From assembly GCA_031835245.2 (NCBI GenBank), contig JAVKOQ020000009.1:62001-126000 (forward strand): a stretch of DNA of 64,000 nucleotides. Reading direction: 5' to 3'. The position numbers were made by a program, and so were the translations under genes. The DNA comes from Balamuthia mandrillaris (taxonomy: Eukaryota). Numbering within the stretch: position 1 is the first letter of the stretch; each line of letters opens with the position of its first letter. The notes beneath the pieces were generated by a model. The model did not search any database and was not told the DNA's origin. It saw only the letters and a program-made list of their open reading frames with translations. This document shows positions 35,275-48,038 of this stretch, one piece after another.

Positions 35275-37084
35275 TGTTGCTTTTTTGTTCTCGTTAGGTA
35301 TCGTTCTCCACGTGAAGCTCACTCTCTGGTCACGTCTTCTCAGACCCTCGGGACAGTGACAGAAAGAACACGCTGGGCAACAGGGGAAGGGGGATTCGGC
35401 AGCCTTGCCATTGGCGGCGGTAATGCACTAACTCGGGCAAATCTTTCGCGTTCCTCTTGCCCATTTTTTTCGTGTCGACCCAGAATTTTGCCCTGATAAA
35501 TTATCGTAATTATATTATTTTTGTGATAATATCACGATAATCCAAGATAATCATTCTAATAATACACTATTATTGTCTGGCTCAAGCAAGTTTTAGTTTT
35601 CCCACCAATATTATTTTTGCTGGAAGAAAGAAGAAAGAAGAAAGAAGAAAGAAGAAAGAAGAAAGAAGAAAGAAGAGAAGAAAGAAAGAGACAAAGAAGA
35701 AGATAAAGTGAAGGTTCGGCGCTAGTGGTCTTTATTGTTATTTTTTTTCTTTTTTCTGTTTTCTATTTCTTTCTCATTTCTTAGGAGGGGAGAAGAGGAG
35801 GCGTATCGACTTAGATCTTTCTGCGTGTAGTGTACAAACAGAAGGGGTAAAAAAAAACAAAAACAAAAAAAAAGACAAAGCAAAAAAAAAGATAAGAGAG
35901 AAAAAAAGGATAGGAAAAACAAGGAGACAGAGCGTCGGCAGTGGCAGCAAAGGCAGGTGATTTTTTTTTTGTAGGCTCCAATCTTCGGATAGATCCTCCG
36001 TTGTAATCGTCGCAACTGTGGGAGAAGAAGGACATCGCAGCAAAGAAGAGGGAGCAAGAAGACGAAGAAGAAGAAGACAAGCAATCCCTTGTGCGTTGAC
36101 TTGGTTTTTTCGTTTCCTTTCGTTTCCGATCGTTGGTGTCGGTGTGAGTGTGTACATTTGAAGACGTTCCACAGGTACGCTTTTTGCCAGGCCACGAGAA
36201 CAATGTGTCATCGAGGCCATTCTCTCGCAAAGGGTCAACTGTGGTCCGCTCTCCAAAGAAAGAGTAGAGTGTTGTATGTACAAACAACAACGTCTCGGGA
36301 TAAACGAAGAAATGGGAAAATAGCAAGTTGCAACTTTGACGGGCAGTCTTCCAGCTTTCGTTCGCTCCGTGAGCATCTCTGCTTGCATCGTTTCCTCCGT
36401 TCCTCCAAAGTAGATGCAGATAAAGGAGTGTCCAGAAGCCGATCGATAATCGTGTGCAATCCGTTGCATTTTTTTTTGTTTGATGTTGTTTGTTTTGTTA
36501 TGAAGAAGAGGAAGGCATTTGAAGGCTGGTTGGTCGTAGGGGTGAAGAATCATCCTGACAGAGAATGACAGATGAAGATGAGGAACAGAAAAATAAATAA
36601 CTGTAGAAGCCAGTCAGTGGTCGTTGGTGAGAAGAGGATTGACTATTTTCTGACTATGGTGTTTTTGCTGTCTTCGTTTGTTGTTGGTCGATTTTTTGTT
36701 GTCTTACTTTATGCTTGTGGTCATTTTTTTTTTGTTTTTGAAGAAGGAATGAAGCGAGTTGGACGTCGTCATCCTCCAACGCAGTGAAATAAGAAGAAGC
36801 GTCGTCGTGTCCACTAAGAATGGAAGAAAAGAAGGAAGAAAGGAAGAAAAAAATAATCATAAAAGAGCTAGCGTCATCCTAACGTTGATGGATAATAAAG
36901 AAGAAATAGGCACTTGACCTCATCTCAGCCAGTAACAACTGAGAGTCGAGGTCCGTCCTTCGTGTAATATGGTACCGATGATCGATTTTGGTTTTTTGTG
37001 TTTTTTGTGTTTTTTTTTTCGTTCGCTGTTTTTAGTCGTAGAAAGATGAAAGAAGAAGTACGGTGGCGTAGGTTGTCCCTCCCT

Positions 37085-38469
37085 CTACATAGGAAGGTCG
37101 TCATCATCCTCTGAATCATCCTTCTCCAACAAAGCTCTTATCCACTCCTGGTTCGCGTTCTCTACTTCTGAAGGTGAAGAACCACCGGATTATCAGTAAA
37201 AAGAAAAGATACAGCAGGGACAGAGAGAGGAAGACGTACCAGGAGTATATGGAATAGAACTGATTTGTTTAAGTTCCTGTTTTCGCTGTGACAAGTCTAT
37301 CTTTTCCTTAAAAGCGCTATGATGGTTGTTGCCACTTCGGAAAGGGCTGTAGATAGCATCTCCAAAGCTATCGTTCCAGTCAAACTCCGTGTTAGGGAGC
37401 AAGAACTGCCTGAAAAACATGTCGTCCGATGAGATGGTTTGGTTCTTATTTGTTGTTCCCCCCTGTATCCTAATCCGTTCCAGTTCCTTTTGTGTGGCCA
37501 CAAGTTTCTCTCTTAAGAGCTGTGATTCAAACTCGCTTGTGCTGAGCTTTTCCTCCAAGTCTATTATTTTAATGGTGAAAGAAAAGATTTATCAATCAAC
37601 GTTTGCGTAAAAGGCAAAGAAACATAAAGAGGAGGAAAACAGGAGAAGAGGGAAATCCGACCTTGAAGTTTTTTCTGTAGTTCTTGTTGTTGCGGTATTG
37701 TCGTTGTGGGCGCAGTGTTGCTCCGAAGTTTGGAAGGGTCTGATCCGCCTCTCGGTCGTTCCGTTGATGTTGTTGGGTGTGACCACTGTCGTTTGGCTCT
37801 CTTTTTTCTGTATTTTTCTAACTTGGGATTAACTACTTGTTGAGGGGGTTGCTGATGGAAGGTGGCGGGGTGTTGTTGTGTCGGGGCTCCTGCGGCGGCT
37901 GGTTGGTAGGGTCGGAGCAGCTGCGGGCCAATGGGGTGTTGCTGTTGGACGGCGGCGGCGAGGTTGGGTGGAATGATCATTTGGGGGTAGGCCAGAGGAG
38001 AGAAGGGAAGAGGGCAGGCCGTCCAAAAGGGAACGACAGGGAACTGAATGATAGGCGGGTATTGAGGATGAGAAGCCGAAGAAGGTTGTGGCTGACGCGC
38101 GGTTTGCTGAGTGTGTTGGCGATGTGTGTGGTGGTGGTGGATGGGTGTTGGCTGAGGGGAGGTTGGGGTCTGCATTTGCTGTGTGGTGAACTGTGCGGGG
38201 GAAGAGGGGGGAGGGTGGAACTGCGCGGGAGAGTGAGGGGTGGGCTGTTGGAACTGGCCCATGAGGTAGGGGTTATAGCCCAGGCTGGTAATGTCCATGG
38301 GTTGAGCGGTTGGCGTCGTGGTCGTGGCAAAGTTGTAGTTCACTGTGGCTTGGTTCATCTGAAGCACCCTCTCCAGGTTTTTCAGCTCCTCCCCACCCAT
38401 TCGGTCCAGGGCGGGGCGAGTGACAGTGTGATAGTCTACATGTTGAGGGCTCTGAGGGGGTTGTTGCAT
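37085..38469 (-). CDS. Gln/Pro-rich putative transcription regulator with a CCT-like basic motif and coiled coil, at least 3 exons
   Basis: Q/P-rich N-terminus, KLEKYRKKRAKRQWS, coiled coil (DLEEKLSTSEFESQLLREKL). Splicing at about 37661/37561 and 37240/37168 gives the end ...DDDDLPM* at 37085. Confidence 0.65.
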
Positions 38470-39918
38470 CGTGTTGACGGGTAGGAAAAGAAGAAGAGGG
38501 AAAGAAAAAAGAAGGAACTAAAAACGTTCGTCTAATGGAAGAAGATCAAAAGGTGGCGGTGTTCCTGTGGGCGGTAAATTTTGCGATACTTTTTTTTTCT
38601 ATTTGCTCCCAAGGGATGATGCGATGGCAACACGAATACCTGAAACAACAAAGGGAAAATAACCAGCGTCAGTTAGTGCGTCCTTGTAAAAAATGAAAAA
38701 TAGATCTGTGATTTAAAATTTTTGATTTTTTTTGTTGAAAAAAAAAGCACAAACCCAATCGATTGTCTGCTCCGCCAAGCTCCTCTTTGTGGAGGTTTTT
38801 GGAGCAGCGCAAACAACTGTTTGGATTGGAGTGGTGGTGGAATTTGATTCAAGGGGTAAATTCGGTGAAAGAAAGAAAAGGAGGTGAAAAGAGATTTTCT
38901 GAGAGTGGAACGAACCAAACAATATTTTGTTGGCTTGTCCGGGTTGTCACTCAAAAAAAATTTTAAGTCTTTTTTTTTTGCCTTCAAGAGAGTTTGAGGA
39001 CAAAGAACTCGACCTAAATTTTTTTTTTGATGTGGTCACAATCGATTGAGGATTGCAAAAGGGGGGGAAAAGAGGAGGAGGGCGAAGGGGGAAAAGATAA
39101 CTCACAAAAATTTACTTACGGCAAAAAAAAAGAGGGAAAAAGTGAACCACGACGGTAAGCGCTTGGCCTGGTAGGAGTAGAGGGAACAACAACCAAGGAA
39201 ACAAAAAAAAACTACCGAGAAAACGAGACCCTTCTTTTTGTGTGAATCGGCAGTTGATCCTGCGTGCCGCGTCGCTCAATTTTTTTTTCTTTCTTGGCTA
39301 TTTTACTTTTCCCCCTTTTTCACCCCTATTTTTTTTTTGGCCTCCGTGCGACCGCACACACAGCACAATAAAAACGGCCAAGGCAACCTCTCACACAGCA
39401 ACGCGGAAAGGGGATGCTGTGACGTCACCCTTTCCATATCTCACCGGAATGGGCATTTTCTGGGAAAGAAGTGAGAAATTCCAAATGTTTTGATTGCGGA
39501 TTGGTTGTCCCCGACATTGGCAATCTCATAAATCTCATATTTTCCCTGTTTTGCGCATCGAGGTAAAAATAATCATCGGACCCTCAGGATTTTTCATATC
39601 TAGATAACACGTCAGCAGACTTCCAGCGGCCCCTCAATCCCTCGGGGAATTTTTTGAATTTATTTAATTTTTTGTTGGTCGTTTTGTTGCGAAGTTGAAA
39701 AGAAAGACTGCAACAAAGAAAAAGAAAGCAGCAAAAAATTGCGTAGCGTTCGTTCACTCTTTGACTTTAGATTAGTTCTTGGTGAGAGAGAGAGAGAGAA
39801 AAAAACAAAGGTAAGTGTGGTGCACTCTCATGTTTTTTTTAATTTATTTGATTCGCGGGACAAATGACGATCACTAAAATTTTCGCTTTGTTTGTGTTTC
39901 ACTTGTCTGGGTAGAAGA

Positions 39919-42324
39919 ATGCTCGAAGTGATTCTCGCTGCGGGAGCGCTGGTGGGCGTTCTTTCCTACTTTTGGTCTGTCTTGGCCAGCTGCTTTGTCG
40001 TTTTCTTTGTTTCTCTACTACTACTTCTATTGGCCTGGCATCGGCCATGGCGTTGATGTACGTTCCATTTTCATCTTCGTTGCTACTCTTTTTCTTTTTT
40101 ACCGCTTCCTTTTTTTCCTCCTTTCTTTTGGAATGTTGTTTCTCTGCGCTGTCAGTGAAGAAGAGTGAGAGGATGACTCACGCATGATTTTTTGATGTTG
40201 CCTTTTATTCTTTTGTTTTCAGCCGATTATGAGCGTTGAAACAGGACCTAAACTGCCCGGCCAGACCCGCGTACGCCGTGCTCCTGGCTACGAAAAGAAG
40301 CCACTGACGGAACAACCTTTTCCTGGGGTCAGCACTCTCTACGCTTGCTTCCAGTGCGTACCGCTCATTTGCGTCGTTTTTTTTTTTCGCTAAACGCCAC
40401 GTGGCTAAAATCCATTTTCGTTTTTCCGTTTCTTTTCGGTCACTTTCTTATCGGTTCTCTCTCTCTCTCACAAACAGAAATGGGCTTAAGCTCAGCAAGA
40501 ATGAGCCATGCTTGGGAACTCGTATCAAGAACGCGGATGGTTCAGTTAGTCCCTTCCAATGGCAAACCTATGCCGAAGTGCATGAGCGTTTCCTCAATCT
40601 CGGTTCAGCTTTTGTCAACCTTGGCTTAGGCCCTGTACGTTTTCGTTTTCTTGTTTTGTTCTCTCATTACATTTCTCTGTTACTGAAGTTCCTCTCCTCG
40701 TTTCTCGTTCTCTTATAGCGTTCCAGAGTGGGTCTCTACAGCAAGAACTGTGCCGACTGGGCGATCGTCAGCTATGCCTGTGATGCCTATTCCATGGAGT
40801 CCGTCGCCATCTACGACACTCTAGGAGAGGAGCACCGCCCGTTTGTGGTGGAGCAATCCGAAATTCAGCTGATGGCCACCACAGAAGATCTGCTTAAGAA
40901 TGTATTTGACCTTGTGCCCGATTGTCCAAAACTGAAGTAACGTTTCCTTCCTTATTGTTGTTCTGTCATGCCCTCGTTCCTTCACACAATTTCACTTTCC
41001 ATTTCTCACACGAATTACTAAACAAACAACAACAGGCATGTAGTACTTCTTCAAGCTGACTCTGTACCAAAGCAACTTGCCCAAAAAGCGAAAGAATTGG
41101 GTCTCACCATTGCTTCCATCAAAGAAATGGAAGACGATGGCCAACAAAACAGACAGGAAGTGGTGCCGCCTGAGCCCGATGACCTCGCTTTGATCATGTA
41201 CACCAGCGGTACTAGTGCCAGACCCAAGGTACAACCTACTTCTTTCTGTCTTTATTGCTTCGCCCGAAGGAACTAATTTCTGTGTGTGTGTGTGTTTTTT
41301 TTTTTTGCCAGGGAGTACAAATAACTCATCGTAATATAGTGGCAACCATTTCTGGAGTTCTCAATACAGTGCCAGGCTGTATGGGTCCTGAAGACGCCTA
41401 TCTGTCCTACCTTCCTCTCGCTCACATTCTTGAACGCGCCGCTGAAGCTGCCATTGTCGCTTGTGGTGGACGCATTGGATTTTATCAAGGGGTTAGTAGC
41501 GTCTTCTCTTCTTCTTTCTTCACTAATTTACTAAAAACACACAAAAAGGACATTCGTCAACTTACACACGACATTCAAGCACTGAAACCAACCCTCTTTG
41601 CAGGCGTGCCCAAAGTCTTTCAACGCGTGATGAACGGAGTGATCACCAAGGTGGACGCCGGAGGACCCGTTGCTCGTACTGTCTTCAATCTCGCCTTCGC
41701 CATGAAACGCACCGCGCTGGCCACCGGCGTTCCCACTCCTCTTTTGGACCGCATCGTCTTCTCAAAGATGCGCGACGCTCTTGGTGGACGAACTAGGCTC
41801 ATGCTCTCTGGCGGAGCCCCTTTGGCCAAAAAGGGTCATGAATTCATTCGCATGTAAGTTTCTTTATTTTATGGTTCTTCAATTGTTGTTTTTCTAACAA
41901 AAGAAAAATATTAGTTGTTTCGGTTGTCCGGTGATCCAGGGATATGGCCTTACGGAGACCTGTGGTGGCACCTCTTGCACTAATCCCAATGCCTATTGGC
42001 CCTATGATAACGTCGGTGGTCCTCTTACTTGCTGCGGTAATGTTTTCCCTTTTACTTCTCTGGGTGTTCTCCTTTTATGACAATTTTTTCCTCTTGCTTC
42101 TTCTTTTCTTATCATTCCTTCTTTCTTAAAAATAATCTAAACAGAGATCAAGTTGGTGGACGCAGGAAACTACTCTACATCTTCCAACCCACCAAGAGGA
42201 GAGATCTGCGTTTCTGGTCCCAACGTCTCTATTGGTTACTACAAAATGCCCCAAAAGACGTACGCCCTTTCCTCCTAACTTCCAACAACGATCTTATGTT
42301 ATGCTTTTGTTCAAAACTGACAAT

Positions 42325-42362
<38 letters not shown>

Positions 42363-43128
42363 CTCTCTCTCTCTCTCGTGGTGGGTTTTTATTTTTTGGT
42401 GCTACAGTGCAGAGGACTTTAGCGTGGATAGTGATGGCAAGAGGTGGTTCCACACTGGCGATGTCGGTCAGTGGAGCGCCAATGGCTCGTTGAGCATTGT
42501 CGGCCGTACGAAAGACATCTTCAAACTTGCCAGCGGGGAATACATTGCGTATGTCCTTTTTTTTCTTTTCTTTTTCTCTCTTCCTTTTAACTGACATCAT
42601 ATATGTACCTTTTTGGTTTTTTAAACAACAACAAAAGACCGGAGAAATTGGAAACCATTTATGCTAACTGCAAGTTAGTGAGCAATGTGTTCGTCTACGG
42701 AGAGAGCGACAAGGCCTCCCTTGTTGCTATTGTTATTCCTGAAAGCGTTGCTTCACTCACATGGGCTAAAGCCAACAACGTTGAGGTAACCTTTTACCTT
42801 TTCTGCACTCTCTGCTCTCTGCTGCTCTTTCCTTTCTCACCAAACAAAAATAACATAGGTACCAGACGAAAGCTCAACCAAAGCACCCAACACGCCCGCC
42901 TCCCTCTGCCAAAACGAGCAGTTCATCAAGACGGTGCACACCGCCCTCAACGCCGAAGCCAAGAACGCCCACCTCAACAACTTTGAGCAGCTGGCTGCCA
43001 TCAAGCTCTACCCCACCTTCTTGACGCCAGACACCGGCTTGGTCACCTCCGCGTTGAAGAACAAACGCCCCGTTCTGACTGAGTTCTTTGCCAACGATTT
43101 GCGCGAATTGTATGCCTCTTTGGAATAA
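39919..43128 (+). CDS. Long-chain acyl-CoA synthetase, multi-exon
   Basis: N-terminal hydrophobic anchor, [64 protein letters not shown]. 5'-UTR intron 39811-39914. Confidence 0.95.
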
Positions 43129-43263
43129 GGGTTTCGCTTTCACTTCTTATTTTTTAAAACCATTCTCTCTCTTTCCTTCTTTTATGTTTATCTTCCTTAA
43201 TACTAGTTTAACTTGTTCATTTATATTTTTCAAAAACAAATGGAGATGATTTTTTTTTGGGTA

Positions 43264-45307
43264 TTATTCAATGAACCATTTTTTTCGAGAGTTTAAGTAA
43301 CGCATCTTACAAAGCAACTTAAACTTCTTCTTCTTTCCATTCTCTTCTTCTTCTTCTCGTTGTCCTTCTTCTTCTTCTTTCATTCGACTCACTCTTTCAT
43401 TGACTCCACGGATAGCTTCCTCATCACTCTTTAGAGTTACCGATATCTCATCATCGTCATCGTCATCATTATCATCATCTTTTGCTCCGTCGTTCTTTGC
43501 TGCCACTAATATATCGCACATCGCAGATAGAACGGTTGGAAACAACGGACCCTCCACTTCCATTCGAAACGCGCTTTCCAACTTTGAAGAAGAAAGAGAG
43601 GAGGAAGAGGAAGAGGAAGAGGAGGGAGAGCGACGCATAAACGTGGTTTGACGGATGCAAAGTCGACGAAGCACAGAGTTGAGGAAGGGGACAGGGGCCA
43701 AGAGGAGAGGAGAGGAAGAGGGAGAGTGTTGCTGGTGGTTGTGTTGAAGTTGGAGGATGCGTTCGATCAGCTCGTTTAGCGTCTCTTCATCGCGTACTAT
43801 CCCATCTCCGCTTTCTTTTTCTTTGCAAAGTTTGTATTGAAAGTTAGCAGCAGCAGCAGGAGAAGAAGAAGAAGAAGAAGAAGAAGAAGAAGAAGAAGAA
43901 GAAGAAGAAGAAGAAGAAGAAGAAGAAGAAGAAGAAGAACAAGAAGAAGAACAAGAAGAAGAAGCAGAACAACAAGAAGAAGAAGAAGAAAGAGAGAATA
44001 CATACCAAGAAAAGAGGAAAGAGAGATGGGAACGTTATCGCTGAGTACGGCTATAAGACTGTTGTTGGTTGTAACGTTGAGAGCGGAAGCAGCATGGAGG
44101 AAGAGAATGGTAAAAGAGGATGGCCAATACAGGTAGAAGAACGGACATCCCGACGAGAAAGAAGATGATGAGAAGGGAGAGCCTTCTTCGTTCTTCAAGC
44201 CCGAAGTCATCCACAGCAATGAACGGAAACTTTCTTCCCTTTGTTCAGCAAGTAAGAAAGAAAGAAGAACATTAACTAGAAGGGAAGAGAAGAGGGGGAA
44301 GAGAGAGAGAGAGAGAGAGAGCGAGAATGAAGAACCATTCAGAGGCATTGCTGTTGGTGTTGGGCGTTTGAGTTAACATATAGTCGGTGGTATAGTAATA
44401 ACGAAGCCTATCCAACTGCGCATGCAGGATTGGTTTTGGTGAGTTTGACGGGTTCAAAAAGGAGAAGAACAAGAAGAAGAAGAAGAAGAAGCAAGAAGCA
44501 AGAACAGTCACCTACCTTCGCAGCAAGAGAGCATGAAGGAGCAGACGAAGGCAATGGAAAAGGAGGAGGCAGAGAGGAGACAGCGGAGCCAAGAAGCAAC
44601 GAGGCAAAGGAACGCTTTGAAACGAAGCTAACGCTCTGCTTCAGAGCCCAACAGAGAGGCACCGAGGAGCACAGCCCGTTGTTCTCCTCTTCCTCCTCTT
44701 CCTCTTCTTCTTCCTCTTCTTCTTCCTTCCCTTTAGCCTCCTCTTCCATTCGATTCGTACGGCGATTTGAATTCTAGTTTTTGAGTGGTTTTCGAAAGTT
44801 AACTTTAGGAGTGCAAACAAGAATGAGAGAGAGAGAGCAAAGAAGAGAAGGGTGCGGAGAGCAGCAAAGAGGCAAAGAGGAGAAGTGGTGCAAAGAGACA
44901 TAGAAGAGAGAGAGAGAAGCACAAACATTAAGAACAAACGGGAAAGGCTGAGCATTGTTACTACGACCCGTTCTGAGCGTAGGTTGTTGCTTTGAAATAG
45001 CAGAAGAAGAGGAAGAAGAGGAAGAGGAAGAAGAACGGCTCAAGGCGAACGGATTGGCGATGAGAGGAGCCGAGGGCTTTGCCGTCGGCGGTGTGTTCAT
45101 TCGTGCCATTTTGGAGGGTCTTGCGGAGGTAGGCGTGGAACACCCCCCTCCTGCCCCTCCTTCTGCTTTTCCACCATCTTTGTCACCATCACGCTTTGTG
45201 CTCTCATGGTCGCCTTGAGGCAGCAAAGAAGCCGCCGTCGTCGTCGCCGCTCGGCAGAGAGTGTCTCTCTTGTCGGCTTCTTCCTCTCTTTCTTTTCTTT
45301 TCTTCAT
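43264..45307 (-). CDS. DONSON: DONSON (downstream neighbour of SON) replication factor homolog, multi-exon
   Basis: PLCWALKQSVSFVSKRSF, SFRSL, CPFFYL...FTILF, LLAPVPFLNS and MEVEGPLFP align with remembered DONSON blocks (PxDWSIK, YFYV..FTVLF, LLSPVAF, EITGPIMP). Confidence 0.75.
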
Positions 45308-45883
45308 TTTCTCATTTGTTACTTCTTTTTGTCGACATCTATGATTTCCTTTTAAATCTACATTTTCCTTTTAAAACGCAAAATGACGTCATTTAATTTC
45401 TTTTAAAGATCCTTACGTCGACAATTAATTTGTAAAAGGTAAGTGAACACAGTTTGATCAATAGTTGTGCAGTTGTTCTTCAGCCTTTGAGGTGCTCCAA
45501 ATCAAAATTTCCGCGTAATAATTATCAATAAAATTTTGCGGCGTAATAATTTTTTAAATTTTTTTCGTTGCCATATTACGGCAACGATACTTGAGGGCCT
45601 CTTAATATCGTCCAGGGATCTTGTCGAGTTGGATCCTAGAACTCTGTAGACAAAGTGCCATATTACGATTCCCCCTTCCTGATCGCAACCACCTCACGTC
45701 CAATAAAAAATAAATAAATAAAAGAAAAGTAAAGAAAAAGCAACGAGTCAACAAAAAGAACTGCTTCTCTCGTCTGGTTTCCTTTCGCTCGTTTTCTGCT
45801 TCGTGGTCTTCGTGGTCCAGTTGACCTCTTTTTCTCTCTCTCTCGCTCTCGCTTCGTCCTTTTTTTTAAGAAAATTAAAAAAA

Positions 45884-46543
45884 ATGGTGGTATGTATCGT
45901 CTTCAGCATCATATCTACTTCTCTTTTTTTTTCTTTCTTTCTCGGATGTGTTTTTCTATGCTTCTCTCTCCCCATCATTCTTCTTCATTCCTCTCTGATC
46001 TTTTTTTTTTGTGGAAATGAAAAAGGAACTCTACCGGGTGGAGGGCTCGCTGGCTCTGCTCTCGATGATCGGCTCGTTGGGCATCCTCGTCTCTGGCCTC
46101 TTGAGCAAAGAGCTGCGAAGGCACCCCACCAACCTGGTGCTGCTGCTCTCCTTCTGCGACTTTATGTTTGCGCTCAAGTACGGCCTCACCTCCATTCTTA
46201 AAAACTCGGACCGGATCCAGGAGGAGGAGCCCTTCTGCATTGCACAAGCCGTTTTGACTCAGGTTCGCTCTGTTCTCTTCTGCTCCTCTCTCTCTCTCCC
46301 CCTCTCTTTCTCTCTTGTTTTCTTTCTCTGTTCTGTTCTCTGCGTCTCGTTCTCTTGTTTACTCCTCTCTCTTCGCTTTTTCTTTCTTCCTCTCTCTCCC
46401 TCTCTCCCTCTCTCTTTCTCTCTCTGTCGTTTCTCTTCTCCTCTCATTCTCGTACCATTTGCTGACATTTAACGGTTTATGTTATTCTCTTCTCTCTTCC
46501 TGGCTTTCTTTGCTTTTTTTCTCTTTCGCTTGCTCTTTTCTGT

Positions 46544-46575
<32 letters not shown>

Positions 46576-47647
46576 TCTCTCTCACTCTCACTCTCACTCT
46601 CACTCTCTTTTCTTTGCTTTGTCACAACCAGTTTTTTGGTTTAGGGTCTATAAGTTGGAATGCAGTCATTTCGCTCAATCTTATCATCAATCTGCGGCAT
46701 CCATTCGTGGATACCTCCAAGGGAAGCCTTATTTATCACTTGTATGTATGGTCGCTTTGTACAATCACCACCGCCTTGATGCTGGGATTTAAACAATGGG
46801 GTGTTTCTGGTGACGGAACGTATGCTTTTGCTATCTTACTTTACCCTCTCTTTTGTATTTTCTCGTCTCTTTTCTATCTTCCTCCTTCTTTGCTTCTTCT
46901 TTCTGTTCTTAAACAAGAATAGAAGATAGGGTACAAAGGGAAATATATGAAATAGATTCTGACGATATGATTCTGATGTTGTGGATGCTTTTGTGACATA
47001 ACAAAAGGTGTTGGATAAAGGGCACAACCAATCCCTGGCGTTTGGTGTTTTATCTGCCGCTGGTTATATACTTCATATTGGCAGGCTGCGCGTTTATCAT
47101 TGGCCTGTTTTCGGTGCGTTACATGAAGGGCGAGTCCATAGACACACGTTATCGCATGGTCATACGCATGTTTTTCTACGTTGCTGTCTTTATTTTGTGC
47201 TGGTCTGGCCCGGTCATCCATAAAACTGCTGAGTACTGTACGTATACCTTTATTTTCATTCCCCTCTGTTTCTCCAGTCCTCTTCGTTCTCTTCTCATTT
47301 TGCCTCTCAAACACAAAAGGGGGAAATGAATCGGAGGGTCTGATATACTTTGATGGCATAGGAGCAAGCGTGCAAGGCTTTGCCAATGCGTTGGTATGGC
47401 TGACCAATCCGTCATTCTATAGCAACTTTAGGAAGTACATGAAACGCATCGACCGGAGAGGATGGTTGTTCCGAGGAGAGGATGCTCATCTTCCGTTGTT
47501 GGGAGAGGAGGGCAACAAATACCTTTCCGATACGAAGAACGATATGAGCAAGGTGGATGCCATCATGCGAAAGAACGTCATCACGTTTCTGCTTAATTGT
47601 ATGAAGAACGGGGTTCGTTATTAGTCTCCTTCCGTAGTTGTTTATTT

Positions 47648-47685
<38 letters not shown>

Positions 47686-47995
47686 GAAATGGTTGTTTTG
47701 ACGCTTTCTCTATGTTTATCAGTGCGAAAGAGTCCGCAGCGATGTTCCATTGACTTTGACTGAGGCTGATTTCAACGAAGATATTGAACTTCGGCAAATG
47801 TATCGTTCGTCTATCCCCCTCTCCCTATACGATTATACTAAGCTTAAACAAAACAATAACAGGGAAGAGCAACAAAAATCGCAGTTGCTGACCAACTTTC
47901 GTTTCGTGGACTATTCTCCACTTGTCTTCCAAGAACTTCGTCGTTTAGATGGCATTACACCTCAACATTACATGGTACTCTCTCCCTCTCTCCCT

Positions 47996-48038
<43 letters not shown>

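Noticed and set aside
35774..36553. 259-aa ORF
   Set aside because: It crosses poly-T/poly-A tracts and shows no recognisable motifs or coding-like composition.
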